Assembly: GCA_951406725.2 (NCBI GenBank) | Contig: OX597826.1 | Span: 30,318,001-30,382,000, forward strand | DNA from: Octopus vulgaris | Lineage: Eukaryota | Reading direction: 5' to 3' | Length of the DNA: 64,000 nt | Shown: positions 1-13,904 of the stretch, piece after piece | Layout: every line of letters begins with the position of its first letter | Position numbering within the stretch: position 1 is the first letter of the stretch | Notes under the pieces: model-generated | What the model saw: the letters and a program-made list of their open reading frames with translations, nothing else | Database searches by the model: none | What the model was told of the DNA's origin: nothing | Made by a program: the position numbers and the translations under genes

Positions 1-603
1 TGAAACAGTAATCTTGTGGAATATAAGGAAGATAGGAAACGGTAAATGTTTGGACAGCTGATTAGTATAATGAATAAGAACATCACCAGCATTGCTGTTG
101 CTTATGGGGATATTAATACTGCTGCTGCTGTTGATGAAGATGAAAGTGACTACCACGACGGCGGCGTTGATGATGTTGATGTCTATGGTGACGACTGCCT
201 CATATGCACGGTGTTTATGGAGGAATATGTACGTATATATGAAAGGGAGAGGATTTTCGCGTGTTACAAAATTAATCAAACTCTTTGTCTACGTAAGTGT
301 GTGTATTCATTTAAATACAAGTTTTTGTGTTCTTAGAATAGTACAACAGTAGAAGAGCGGGGGAAATAATTCAGAGAACCAGAGGCGAGTAATGTATATA
401 TTTTAGTACACGTTTATGAATATTAATAATTCAGAATTTTATTCAAACAATTTATTCAAACAATCGAGATAATTTTCACACAGGCTTTCAGTAACTGCTG
501 GCAGATTAACTTCATCTAAAGACACTTTTGCTCACAATGCTGTGTTTCAGTCAAAAATATATTCACACTCACACATACATACACACACGCACATATGTAA
601 ATA

Positions 604-810
604 CTGTATTTTCCGGCATACAAATCGAATATATTTGACTGTAATTTACAGCCATAAAAAGTAGGTCTATTTATACACCGAGACGACTCTGAAAGACCAA
701 ACATTTCATGTGAAATGCAACAGGTTTTGGAAAGATGGTGGCGATGTTTGAATGGCTACACTACATGTTTATACTATGTATTACGTCAATTTGTGTGCCG
801 GAAAACACAG
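604..810. mobile_element. MITE, Tc1/mariner (pogo/Tc2-like)
   Basis: TA at 602-603 and 811-812. Left TIR ctgtattttccggcatacaaatcga; reverse complement of the right end is ctgtgttttccggcacacaaattga. No ORF. Confidence 0.8.
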
Positions 811-1289
811 TAAATAGAAGGAGAATTTTAGTAGCATAAAACTATACACATAGAAATTCAAATATATGAAGATGGATAGTCCTATAGCTAGGTATGAAGA
901 TTCGTATATAAATCACCAAAGAGCCATATATATAAATATCTGAAAATGTCAGGAATCTGGCTCAATTATAAACACTTTTGCTTTTAGCATCATTTATTAC
1001 TCCCTTCATATTTTTGGATCCATTTCATAAATTTATTGATAAACGCTGAGTATAGAAATACGAGCCCCATAATGTTATACACCCGGTAATAGCATAGGTA
1101 AGAGAAACAGGAAAAGTCTGCTATGATAATCTAAAGGCATATATGAATATATTACCATATGCAAATAATTGGTGCAGACGACCACTTGCTTGCTCGCTAA
1201 ACAACTTCGTTTCACATCTGCGTATTTTTCAGGTATCGGTCTCAGTTTGCGGCGCCTTGCTTTATTTTCTGCTATAACTTCGAACTGGT

Positions 1290-1475
1290 TCATTCAATCA
1301 GCTAGAAATAACATTCGGATACCCCTCGATCTATATCCTACCGTCCTAAATCGAACAAGCCGGTACTCTGGGTGCTCTGTCCGTAGAAAAAAGACGGGAG
1401 TGTCACGGCTGGAACATCCTTGATGATGAATCGATTCTATCAAATCTGTTCTGAAGTTAAACAACAACAACAAAA
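1290..1475 (+). repeat. Old dispersed retroposon-like family D with (AAC)n tail
   Basis: ctagaaataac...gggagtgtcacggctggaa...aaacaacaacaac. Similar decayed copies at ~1700-1790(+), ~11030-11330(-), ~19105-19250(+), ~27340-27480(-), ~51955-52100(-). Confidence 0.5.
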
Positions 1476-2144
1476 ACCATAGCCTCGGTTTGAATTAATA
1501 CGCACCAACGTAGTTTTCGGTATCGAACCGAGCTCGCGGCATCTTGGCTGTTTACCTTAGCATGGATGAGCTAACGTGCCAGCTTCTACGTAGCTACACA
1601 ATCTTCAAGAAATAACAGTAAAATTTCACTGAAACAACACGTTAGAATCTTACAAATAAAACATGCTAGATAATATGGGCTGGGGTTTCTGCACATAGGA
1701 AAAAGCAGGATAGTCATAACCAGAGAGCCTTTGATCATGAATAAGGTCTATCGAGACAGATCTAGGGTTAAACAGCAGCAAAACAATAACGACAAGGACC
1801 CGTGTCATAGGTTTACAACGACTGAACCATTGTGAGTGAAATGTAGAAGACCAAAATAGTGTAGAAGCCCTTCTGAGGGTCAATTTCTGGGTTAGTGTAA
1901 AGGATTTAATCCCTCACCTACTTCTGATCTGTTGATGCCTCTAACGAAAACCACTATGTTACGAGCATTGGGGCAGGGATCATCTGATGGTAACTTCTTA
2001 TTTCTCATCACAAGTCTTAAAGCTTAACACAGAGCATTGGCACCGTTCCACTCCCCATACTTTAACTAAAAGGCCAAAGAGAATAAAGGAGGAAGAAAAG
2101 ATAAAGAAAGGAAAAATGTAATTTGATTTAAGATTTGGGTGGGT

Positions 2145-2210
2145 GAAACTGTTTGAATATATACTTAGAAGTAATAAGAAACTGTTTGAATATATTCTTA
2201 GAAGTAATAA
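2145..2210. repeat. 33-bp tandem duplication
   Basis: gaaactgtttgaatatat(a/t)cttagaagtaataa twice, 1 mismatch. Confidence 0.9.
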
Positions 2211-2579
2211 GTTCTGAGACCAATATGATTTAAAATCGAAACAAACTTTTCTCCCCTCCTTCATGAATTGCTGTTTTATGTCCCAGGATGTTGCAGTTCA
2301 AATTGCTAAAGGTTAAGGACCGAGCAGTGTGGAATGTTGTAAATAATTCATAGCAGTGCATCAAGGTTTTCAATGCATTTTTTATTTACACACAGCAGAC
2401 ATATGGTAACGGTTGAAACGAAGACGGGGAGATAATCTGAGTAAGAAAGATAGAAAGATAATGAGTGAGAATGATAGAGAAAAAGAGAGAAATAAAGGTA
2501 AAGAGAAAGAGGGAAACAGGAGCAGACAGACAGAAGGAGCGAGAGAGAAATTATGAGAACTTAACTGAAGAGAAAAAGA

Positions 2580-2613
<34 letters not shown>

Positions 2614-3062
2614 GAGAGTCTGTTCAGGATTTTCATAAGTCGCTGAACTCAAAGGAGACCTACGAGAATCTCCAAGACTATAAGTTAGTTTATGTTAGGA
2701 TATTGGACAATGGCAGCAACTAAAGATCATTCTGGGAATAAATAACAGCGAAAGTTTATAGATGATCCATTATTAGTGTTGGCCATAAAAGCCAGGGAGA
2801 TGTATGAACATGAAAGACGTAAATCAATATGGCCGACTCAGTTGAACAGTAATTTTGATATAATGAGGTTTTATCTATGTTACTATTTCAATTACAATGA
2901 AGGATAAGAGAAAGCTTTTACCCGTGCGCACCCACTTAAAAACACACACATACACATACACACATACACCCGTACATACATACGAACATACATGCATACA
3001 TATATACATATATGCATATAGACGCGCGCACACACACATATATATATGCACACCCACATATA

Positions 3063-3113
<51 letters not shown>

Positions 3114-3156
3114 GTATGAATGTATGTATGTATGTATGTATGTATATAAATGTATA

Positions 3157-3398
3157 GGCGCAGGCGTGCCTTATGGTAAGAAATTTACTTCCCAAGTAAG
3201 TGGTTCCGGGTTCAGTCCCACTCCGTGGCACCTTATATATATATATATTTGTGTATGTGTGTGTCTTTGTGTCGGTCTGTATACCTCCCCGTAACTTAGC
3301 AGTTCGGCAACATACTCCGACAGAATAAGCACAGGGCTTTAAAAGAAAGTAATGTGGTCGATTCATTGGATTAAAAAGTTCAAGGAGGTGTCTCAGCA
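3157..3398 (+). mobile_element. tRNA-derived SINE family A, internally deleted
   Basis: Head ggcgcaggcgtg...ggtaag, B box ggttcagtccc, body gtaacttagcagttcggc shared with full copies at 21305 and 62945. Confidence 0.8.
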
Positions 3399-3456
3399 AA
3401 GGTGTATAGCAAAGGTGCTTTCCTACTCAACAGCAATAATAATGATAATAATAATA

Positions 3457-3497
<41 letters not shown>

Positions 3498-3571
3498 TAT
3501 TATTATTATTATTATTATTATGATAATGATAATAATACTAATAATGATAATAGTAATAATGGTAGCTTCAC

Positions 3572-3945
3572 ATTTTTGCACAAGGCCAGCAATTTCTGGA
3601 GAGTGGCTTAGTCGGTTACATCGATCCCCGTATCCAAGTAGTACTTACTTTTATCCTCCCAACAGGGTGAAACGCGAAGTCCATCTCTGTGCAATTTGAA
3701 CTCAGAACGTATAAAGCAAGAAGAAATGTAGGTAAGCATTAACAATTCAGTAACAATTCAGCCAGCTCACCACGTTTGCTAGTTTAAAATCTTGGCTAGA
3801 AGTCAGTCATTTTATAGGATAGGGTATGTCAGTTGTATCGATACCAGTTTATGAGTGGCACTTCATTTGATTGCCCCCGAAAGAAGGAAAGACAAAGTCC
3901 ACTTCAATGGGAATTGAACAGAGAACGCAAAAAGCTGAAAGAAAT
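3572..3945 (-). mobile_element. Two decayed SINE family B copies
   Basis: Motifs acaaggccagcaattt, atttgaactcagaacg and ccagctcacc match family B on the minus strand. Confidence 0.65.
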
Positions 3946-4025
3946 AGATGTAATTTTCAGTTAATGGTCGATGAAATACGTGTCTTGAAAATGCAGGCGT
4001 TCGGTAATATATATGTGTGTGCGTA

Positions 4026-4200
4026 GGCGGTGATCAGAATGGTTGGCACGCCAGGCTAAATGCTGAACAGTATTTCTTCCGTCTTAACGTTCTGAGCTCA
4101 AATTCCGCCGAGGTGAAATTTGCATTTCGTCCTCTCGGAGTCGATAAATTAAGCGCCAGTTGCGCACTGGGGTCGATCTAATCGACTTCCCCTCCCAGAA
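4026..4200 (+). mobile_element. tRNA-derived SINE family B
   Basis: ggcggtg...cagaat...gttctgagctcaaattccgccgagg...gtcgataaattaag...ctggggtcgatctaatcgac. Confidence 0.85.
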
Positions 4201-4429
4201 AGGAAAGGAAAACAGAAATAAACAGGGAGGGAAAATAGAAAAGTCATAGTGGCTAGCAATCAATACAGGATGGATCCTCCCGTCGTTAGACGATGGATGA
4301 GGGTTCGATAATTTATTGTCAAACAACCACACAGATAATTTGTTTATAGTGATCAGATGTTTTTTGTACACATAAGCTCACTCCCTCCATCAAATCGACA
4401 TTACCTGTAGAGGTGCAACTGGGTTTCAC

Positions 4430-4558
4430 ATGTCAGATGACGAAATGATCGCAGAGTAGCGTGAAATGAAGTGCTTTGCTCAAAAGCACAACGCAACGCC
4501 CGGTCTGGGAATCGAACCCTGGATCTCGCAATGGTGAGTGCAACATCTGAGCCATACG

Positions 4559-4560
<2 letters not shown>
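4430..4560 (-). mobile_element. tRNA-derived SINE family C (CORE/V-like), 5' part
   Basis: B box as gggaatcgaacc plus aagtgctttgctcaaaagcacaacgc; same family as 19282. Confidence 0.7.
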
Positions 4561-4604
<44 letters not shown>

Positions 4605-4782
4605 TAATATCAGGGGTAATAAGAAATATTACAAATTTCTACTACCAGTGGCCGAGCGTGTAAAAAAAGATTTGTCAATTGATTATATATTCTTCATATA
4701 AATACAGTGTACATTTAAACACAGAATAGGTATTCATCATAGGACTCCTTGCACGCTAGAAAGAACAGTTAAATTCTGCAAA

Positions 4783-4826
<44 letters not shown>

Positions 4827-6015
4827 TCTTTTTCTTCTCTTATATATAAATATACTTTCGTTTTCTTCTTACACACACACACATACATTATATATAAGTA
4901 ATAGGGATTTATATACACAATAGAAATGTAGCATTGTACACACACATACACACACTGACACACACACACGGACACACACGAGCACACACACGCACACACA
5001 CATACATGCACACACACATACACGCACACACGCACACACACACACACAAACACATATGAAAGAGACTGAGATAATGAGATACAACTGTTTTGCATGCATC
5101 GCCGTTTATTAACCAATCGCATACGTGACAAGACAGTTTACGATTCCAAACGCATTCAATTTCTTTAATGTTTATTAATAAAAACAAGCGAAATGCTAAA
5201 GAGATTCCACTGAAAACAAAATCCGTCTTTGATTATTCTTATCGGATTCGAGAAAATCTTTGCAATTTGTCTGAACGGATAAATTATAGAGGATCTTAGT
5301 AAAGCGGGGAGGAGAAGTCATTTCGCTCAAATGCTTTTAATGTCGTCAATCCCAGAGAGGATTATGGGATATAAGAGTGAATAATGGCACTTAGAAAGAT
5401 AAAATAGAGATATCTACCAAACACTTGTATGGAATTTATTGTCGTATAAAACTAAAATACGTTTGTTGGCTCGACAAAAGAATCGCATTAACTATTTGCA
5501 CGCTGCACATTAGAATCCTAAAAATAAATTGAAACGAATTTGCATTGCAAATTTTCAACTTGACATTAATATAACTCTCCATACTCATACATACATGTAT
5601 ACATACAAACATACAGACAACACACACATATATGCATACATGCATATATACATATATAGATATAGAAAGATTGATAGATACATAGAGAGAGAGAGAAAGA
5701 GTAACAATGCTGATAAACACAATTATACTTCTCACAAACACACACTTATAAAGACGCACATACTCACGCACACAGTATGTGTGTGTGTGAGTGCGTGTGT
5801 GTGAGTGTTTGTGTGTGTGTGTGTGTGGTGTGTGTGTGTGTGTGTGTGTGAGTGTGTGTGTGTGTGTATGTGTGTGTGTGCATTATACATATAGCTATTA
5901 TTGATGCCGTGGATCTAGTCCTGGATGAAGAAATCGGAGTTTAAGTTTAAATTCATTGGAGCCATACTACGTGTTTTCTGTACTGAGCAAATCCGACACC
6001 CACATATTTCCTGTT

Positions 6016-6046
<31 letters not shown>

Positions 6047-6203
6047 GCGTGTGTGTGTGTGTAGAAATCTGCGTTGCAAATATATATACATTCATTCACG
6101 CATTCAAACATATATGTGCACATGCAAACATTCACTCGTACGTATATAAATACATACAAACATACATGCATTCATACATATATACAAACATACATGCATG
6201 TAT

Positions 6204-6243
<40 letters not shown>

Positions 6244-6449
6244 CCACAAACACACACACATATACATATGTAAATCGACATTGCAAATAGACATGTATTC
6301 ACACATACAGATATAGTGATTGCTGCATCTTCACAGATGATTACAGTCTCCTTGTGTCGCCTCGTGGTCAATGGCATTTCTGACTTTCCCATACATGACC
6401 TCTCAGAAGACTATTCAGCCTTGTACATCCGCATGGTTTGGAGCATAAT

Positions 6450-6820
6450 TCTTTTCTACTCTAGGCACAACGCCCGAAATTTGGGGGGATGGGACAGTCG
6501 ATTAGATCGACCTCAGTATGCAACTGGTACTTAATCTATCGAAGAATAAAAAGCAAAGTTGACCGGCGGAATCTGAACTCAGACGAAATACCTATTTCTT
6601 TACTACCCACAAGGGGCTAAACACAGAGAGGACAAACAAGGACAAATGGATCAAGTCGATTACATCGACCCCAGTGCGTAACTGGTACTTTATTTATCGA
6701 CCCCGAAAGGATGAAAGGCAAAGTCGACCTCGGCGGAATTTCAACTCAGAATGTAACGGCAGACGAAATACGGCTACGCATTTCGCCCGGCGTGCTAACG
6801 ATTCTGCTAGCTTGCCGCCT
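6450..6820 (-). mobile_element. Dimeric SINE family B
   Basis: Head ggcggcaagctagcagaatcgttagc at 6820; two conserved central domains separated by the same linker as the 53001 copy. Confidence 0.9.
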
Positions 6821-7834
6821 TTGTTTAGAGCATAATTGCCAGACAAATGTTGTAACTTATTGTGCTCTTCCAATCGATTAGGTCTGCGGACATCGCCATT
6901 CTTCCATCGCCAAATGACTTTCAGTTGATGGAATGACAAATGAGGTCTCCATAAAGAGACAACTGTACTTCATTGTTTCATTGTGATAAACGTTTGTGCG
7001 TCATGAGTCTCACTCTCTGAGTCTCCATGGTAAGTTTCTAGTGACAAGCCGAAGCGTGATGGTCGGTATTCACGTAAAACTACAGGTTTTACGTCAGCGT
7101 CTCCTTGTTTAAGACGGATACTGTGACAACGTCTAGGGATCCCACATTCCCGGTGTTTTTAAAGCGCGCCCTGAAATAAACCAAGTGTTTGAGTTCTTAA
7201 TTGGGAATGTTGTTAATAGGGATTTCGAAGTTTCTGCCAGTTAAACCATCGTGGGATTGCCGATAAATATACAGATATTCAAGACGCTGACTTCTCCATT
7301 AACCCCCTCCCAGTTAAGTGTAAATAAACAGCCCCTAGAAACTGAAGTAGGGACGGTAAGCATCCTGTAAATGTTAGGTGTTCTGTTAGATGTTGGAGTA
7401 GTCATCGTTACTATCTACTTCTGGTGTTGTTGTTGCTGTTGTTGTTGTTTTTGTTGCTTCTGCTTCTGCTGTAACTACTACCACTACTGCTGCTGCTGCT
7501 TAGCCTCACATCAACTTTGACAGGCTAGAACGAGGACCGAAACCGCAATAATCGTAGACATCTCAGCTTTACCGATATTGTTTATTTCAAACTGCATTAT
7601 GATCTTTACCAAAACTTCGGTTGGATTCGAGAAAGATTTTGCTATTACTTTTAGCGGGTAACGTGAATGCTTAGATGGTTCCTTGCAATGTTGGTAAAGT
7701 ATGTAGGAAGAAATCAGATTCTCACTAACATCACTTTCCTTTGATACCAAATACAGGAAAGAGAGAAAAAAAAAACAATTTCTTGGTTATTCATATCGTA
7801 CAACATTCATGAGACTTATAAGCAGTAATGACTT

Positions 7835-7970
7835 CTAATTTTCATACAAGGCTAACAATTTTGAAGAGAGGGTTTAAGGTGATACCATCGACCCTACTAC
7901 TTCACTGATACTTTTTTTTATTTTTTACCGACCCCGAAAGAATGAAAGGCAAAGTTGAATCCAGCGTGGT
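7835..7970 (-). mobile_element. SINE family B, 3' part
   Basis: cgaccccgaaagaatgaaaggcaaagttga. Confidence 0.75.
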
Positions 7971-9289
7971 TTGGATTGAAGGTTTGCAAAAGTTAGAAAA
8001 GCAATTGATTGGAGATCATGTATATAGATCTATATCGATACTGCGATTAATATTGTGATTTAAATATGTTATTTATCCTCTTTGTTCCCAATTAGGCTAT
8101 AAATGTGCTTAACACTCTTTTTGTATAAGTCTAAGTTATACGCCTTTTGTAAAAGCCTAAATCTTGGTTACGACAGATAAGGTCCGAAAATCGCTGTGCG
8201 GATGACAGCTATGAAGCTAGAGACACATCTTCTTATTTCTAGAATGTAATCCTGTCCTTTTCCTAAAGGAACGTCAGCTTTGGAGATTTTTTTAATCTTG
8301 AGATTATCTCTCCTTCTTATATGGAATTGGTCTTAATTCCCATTACTTAATTATGCCTCACTCAGTTAGGGTAGAAATAATTTTAATAAAACATGCATTT
8401 ACGTCGTATGGTATTTGATATACCTGCATTTGTCTACGTTATTCAGTTACATGCCACTGGCCATTCTGAGCTCATTCTCTTAACATTATGCAAATTACCA
8501 TTATATCTGTATTTTTCTACGTTGTTCATAATATTCCTCTGTGTGGGCATCCAATTACAAGGAAATATGGAAGAAAAGTTATTACTCTAGAAGTTTAATA
8601 GCTCAAAGAATCGGTGGTTTGATAAACTGTAACAGATAAGAGACTGAGATGTATTTACACTCTCTTAAAATATGCACTCGGTTCCATTGAAAGACACGAA
8701 AATATATTAGCATTCCATTTCAGGCAAGGGAATCCATGTTAACTTTTAAAAATGAATAAAGTGATAAAACAATATATAAAGAAGATCTTGGAAATATCTA
8801 CAATCAAGATCTTCCACTGATATGGAGAAGTGATCTTCTGACTATCCAGTGACTGGGTAATTCAAGTAGCAGATCTTTTTATCATTGGGAAGAGCAAAGT
8901 ATTGTACAGCCTCTCATACAGCCTCCCACAAAACATAAACCTCAATACGTCAATATAATCTGATACAACTATTTCATTTTATTTAATCAGATTAATATAA
9001 TTAGAAGAGGATCATACGAGAAACACCAAAATACATTCGACTTATGTAGTGTGTATAAAACATGACTCACTGAACAGCACGTCTCCATGCTATAACTGCA
9101 GGATAATTTGAATCGGATATCTATAATGCGTCTTGTATTCCTTATACAAAGCTGTAATGCAATGGTTCCTATTCTTGTTTGTGTCCCTGGCTCCTAAGAA
9201 GTCACCCTCAACGTTTGGATATTACTGTATGAAGCTCTAGGATTGATAGGATCAGTTACCCAGTTTCTATGGCGTGTAAGTCACCTGAG

Positions 9290-9465
9290 ACGACAGAATT
9301 CACACTGAACGCGACGCCAGTCCGTCGTCAGGTGAATCAGTTGAGTGGGTTTCAGCAACATTGAAATGAAGAATTTTACTCAAGAACACAACATACCGCT
9401 CTGTCCGGGAATCGAAATCACCTTCATGCGATCGTGTGTACAACAACCTAACCACTGGGCCACAA
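9290..9465 (-). mobile_element. SINE family C
   Basis: ctcaagaacacaac...ccgggaatcgaaa...ctaaccactgggccac. Confidence 0.7.
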
Positions 9466-9616
9466 AGCCAAAATAAAATGGTTCCCAAACTTGTCCTATG
9501 CCTTGTGTTCCTAGGAAATGTTTCGTTAATTTTTGTTTTCTTTTCTTGAACTGCTATGTTACGGGACGTATACACACCAACACCGGTTGTCAAGCAATGG
9601 GGAAGTACAAATACAG

Positions 9617-9663
<47 letters not shown>

Positions 9664-10024
9664 CTAGCAGTATCGCCCGGCGTTGCTCAGGTTTGTAAGG
9701 GAAATAACTATAAAGCATTTTTAGAGAGTTATAGCCAAAAAAATGATGGTAAATTTTTTTTTGAGATTTAAAAAAGGTAGAGTTGCGTCCCCTAGACAGT
9801 TTGTGGTTCGTATTCCTGATTCTCGACCCCATGTTGAATTTATCGATTTTTTTCAGAACTGGGGGAACTTTTCAAAATTTTCGCTGCGTTAGTTTTGAAT
9901 TATGACATTGGGCTATGTGTGTGTCAAGTTTCATCAGAATCGGTTGAAAGCCGTGGTCAGGGTGAGGGTACAAGCAAACAGACACACAGAAACACGCACA
10001 GACAAACTGCCGTTTATATAGAGA
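9664..10024 (-). mobile_element. Non-autonomous Helitron (~360 bp)
   Basis: Minus strand reads A|TCTCTATATAAA...CCTGAGCAACGCCGGGCGATACTGCTAG|T: 5' TC, 3' CTAG, subterminal GC-rich imperfect hairpin, insertion between A and T in (TA)n, no TSD. Confidence 0.85.
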
Positions 10025-10046
10025 TATATATATATATATATATATG

Positions 10047-10375
10047 ACATGGCTGTGTGATAAGAAGCTTCATTGCCAACTACATGATTCCGGGTTCAAT
10101 CCCACTGCGTAGCACCTTGGGCAAGTGTCTTCTCCTATAGCCTTAAGCTAACCAAAGCCTTGTGAGTGGATTTGTTAGACGGAACCTGGAAGAAGCACGT
10201 TGTATATATATATGTATTTACGTCCCCGTAATTTAGCGCGGTTCGGCAAAACAAACCGATTGTATAAGTATTAGGCTTACAAAGAATAAGTCCTGGGGTC
10301 GATTCGTTCGACTAAAGGCGATGCTCCAGCATAGCCGCAGTCAAAATGACTGAAACAAGTAAGGGAATAAAGGAA
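10047..10375 (+). mobile_element. SINE family A
   Basis: tggctgtgtgataag, ccgggttcaatccc, ccttgggcaagtgtc, tail ccagcat...tgactgaaacaagtaa. Confidence 0.9.
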
Positions 10376-10377
10376 TA

Positions 10378-10497
<120 letters not shown>

Positions 10498-10663
10498 TGA
10501 CAGATGTTCCAATCATAATAGAAGAACACCATCTTTGATAAAATCGAGAGGCAGGAACAAGGATTTGTCTTCACTCTTCACAGCGATGGTACTATTGAGT
10601 TATTGGTGTCCTGGGCCGATAAGGCCCGAAACCAATCTAAGTTATCTAAGTTATCTATTCAGG

Positions 10664-10779
10664 TGAGCTTTGCATTTTATGCACTAGGACCAAATCAGAT
10701 CCTGTTTTCCTTTTAGCTCACTTTGTTTACCCACGTTATTGTATGTGGTTCAGTTTCAATGATTAAATAAATTAGTTAT
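10664..10779 (+). repeat. 116-bp dispersed repeat, copy 1
   Basis: Highly similar to 12464-12579 (tgagctttgcattttat...attagttat). Confidence 0.85.
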
Positions 10780-11399
10780 GAGAAAATTGACTTTATCACC
10801 TTTAAATGTGATGTGTCATTGCTTTCGTTAGGTGTGCAAAAATTAATCAAACATTTTCTAGGAACACGAAGCTATACTATAGCCGTTCACGAAAAAAAAA
10901 AAAAGAGCAAATTTTCTGACGCTCCAATGTATCTGCCACCTTGGCACCCTTAATCAGGTTAAAATAATATTGAAGAAAACGCTTGCAGCAATAGAACAGA
11001 ATACTTCATACGTTTTACATCATGATGTTGTTATCGTTGTTGCTGCCGTTGTTTACAACCAGTTCCGCTTTGATGCTGTAGATCAAAGATCAAAGCTTTT
11101 CCAGATGTGACTATTTTGTTTTCAAAAAAACAACATAGTACGAGTAGATCTACGATCAAATACATCCCACATATGACCATCCCGTATTTTTTTGTTTTAG
11201 TGGTGGTGGAATGAGGGATGGGGGATTTGAGATAACATTTATGTCCTTCATTTAAAAACAGTGATTGGGCGTAGCTTAATCAATGTTGGTTGGGGTTATT
11301 TCTAGCTAGTCGAGAGACTCCTAAGAGACAGTCGCCTTGTTATCAGAAAGTTTCTACTGTCCACAGTTGGTCAGTTTTTTTGCATTAATTTGTTGACGA

Positions 11400-11546
11400 C
11401 CCTTAGCGGTTCGGCAAAAAGGAACGGACTGAATAAGTGTCAGGCTTCAAAAATATAAGCACTGGGGTGGAATTGGTCTATTAAGCACTTCAAGGCAGTG
11501 CTCCAGCATGACCCCATTCCAATGACTGAAATCAGCAAGAGATAAA

Positions 11547-11548
<2 letters not shown>
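11400..11548 (+). mobile_element. SINE family A, 3' half
   Basis: cttagcggttcggcaaaa...gtgctccagcatg...aatgactgaaa. Confidence 0.8.
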
Positions 11549-11588
<40 letters not shown>

Positions 11589-11732
11589 GTTTGCGTGGGT
11601 GCGTGGGTGTGCGTGTTTGCGTGTATCTGTGTGTGTTTGCGCGCACGTACATCTCTGTGTGTGTATGTACGTGTTTTGTGTGTATGTGTATATATATATG
11701 TATACATATATATGTACACACACCCACCCACA

Positions 11733-11785
<53 letters not shown>

Positions 11786-11876
11786 GTATATACAGACACA
11801 CACATACATTTATATATATATGTTCGCCCGTAAATTACTCATTGATAGCGTTACAGTCAATCTGGCTTTCTGCCCA

Positions 11877-11953
<77 letters not shown>

Positions 11954-11976
11954 GATACACATACATATATATACAT

Positions 11977-12057
<81 letters not shown>

Positions 12058-12384
12058 GATATAGATATATATAGACTCCATTTATATAAGTATACATATT
12101 TTTTACATATGTGAATTTCCTATGTCTTTGCGAATATATGCCTGGCTATGTGTGTCAGAGTGTAGGCGTGGTTGAGTATCATTATGTTATGTAATGCGTT
12201 AAGATGTTTCTTTGTGACTAATGTACGCAGTCTATTTGTTTTGTTTATTGGCAACTTCCTAATTGAGTTGAGGATACGTGTTTTGCATCATTTCTAAGTT
12301 TAGAAATATTGTATGTTTTTTTGCACCCAATTTTCTTACGTTATATATTTTTTTTCAAATACGTGTCAGGTAAGTTTAGAGTGA

Positions 12385-12445
12385 CGGATTTAAAATCTTG
12401 CCGGATTTAATGTTCTGCCGAATTTAATATTCTGCTGGATTTAGC
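12385..12445. repeat. ~17-bp imperfect tandem repeat x4
   Basis: Unit approximately cggatttaatgttctgc. Confidence 0.7.
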
Positions 12446-12463
12446 CATGGTGATCTTTACAGT

Positions 12464-12579
12464 TGAGCTTTGCATTTTATACACTGGGACCAAATCAGGT
12501 CTTGTTTTCCTTTTAGCTCACTTTGGTTACCCACGTTATTGTATGTGGTTCTGTTTCAATGACTAAACACATTAGTTAT
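12464..12579 (+). repeat. 116-bp dispersed repeat, copy 2
   Basis: Matches 10664-10779. Confidence 0.85.
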
Positions 12580-13255
12580 ACGCCACCTGGCCAATCAATG
12601 CATTGGGCCCTTTAGTATATATTTATTGAGAGCAAGCCGCGGTTTGCATAGATCAGCACTGGGCGCTATGCCTGTGATAGCTCCGGGCAAATCAATGCCC
12701 TGAGACTTGTATGTATTTACAGACATCAACCTTAGATCACAACCAGGCTCCTAGACAGGTGAGACTCCCAGGCAACGTCCTAGTGAGCCCATGCCTTAAG
12801 ACGGCACTGAATTTGATGTTTTGATATCAGCTTTGTTGCTCTAATATTCAGATTTATATTTAAAAACGAGTGTCAACGATTGACTGTCATCTGATGTGAG
12901 TCGATCACATTGTAGTTGAATTTGTCATTTATCCTTCCTCGGGTCGAGACAATAAAGCGGCAAACAATTACTAAGGTTGAATATAATCGACCGTTTCGCA
13001 GTGTCTTATTCAACCGCTCCAATAAAAGTTGTGGATTGGCCTTGAGCCAATAAAAGAGATCATTAATATTTTAAGTATGTATATCGATCTGTCTAACGTC
13101 TAGTTTTACTTTCGATACAGAAATGGGATGTTATTCTGCAATAATCTTGAGCAATTAAAAGTATTATTTTCAATATAAATGACCACATGGAATCAATATA
13201 GAGATAAAATGGAGACTTATAATAATAATGCTGATGATGATGGTGATGATGATGA

Positions 13256-13757
13256 TTTCTTTTGTTGGTCACCAGGGCTCACTACACGGCGGACAATACC
13301 AAAAGACGAGATACCACACACAAACAAGTAACGTTTACAGCGATCAAAGGAAGACATTACAACAATAAAGACACAACCAAATGATATAAAAATAGAAATA
13401 AGAAAAATATATATTATTCATAAATGGAATCCCCAACAGCTGAGTGGTCCACATAGGGTAAACCAGGGAAAACCCTATACAAAATATCCCGAATTTCTCT
13501 GCTGTCTCCAAGGTCAGCTTCCAGTTTCTGTCTTCATATTTTGAAAAGCATACTCAGAGTAGGGCCATTCAGTTTCACTTGTCTTACTACTCACACAAAC
13601 TTTTCAATATACACACGAGAAAGCAGCGCGTTTCCTCTCTACCCCCACTTTCCTCGTCAAATGATATTTGAAAAAACTGATGAGAGCTTGGCCTGAAAGG
13701 AAAGTATCGTCCTTCAAACGTTTCTAACAAATCTACAGTACAGCCTCTTTTGCCAGA
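13256..13757 (-). mobile_element. Decayed Tx1/L1-like LINE 3' end
   Basis: Minus translation LAKEAVL*IC*KRLKDDTFLSGQALISFFKYHLTRKVGVERK aligns with [42 protein letters not shown] of the 31577 element. Ends ...ccctggtgaccaacaaaagaaa|(TCA)n. Confidence 0.85.
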
Positions 13758-13904
13758 GGCGCTCGAAATGTCAACAGGAGTACGAAACCGTCTTGCACGA
13801 AGTCGTGGCAACTTTGTATTTCATCATTTTTGGGGTTCGATAAAATATATTCCAGCTGAGTACTTGGGTCGATTTAATCGATTAAACTCATCCCCTATAA
13901 AATA

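Noticed and set aside
13677-13720. CTGATGA...GAAA hammerhead-like words
   Set aside because: Antisense of LINE coding sequence; stems II, III and I do not pair.
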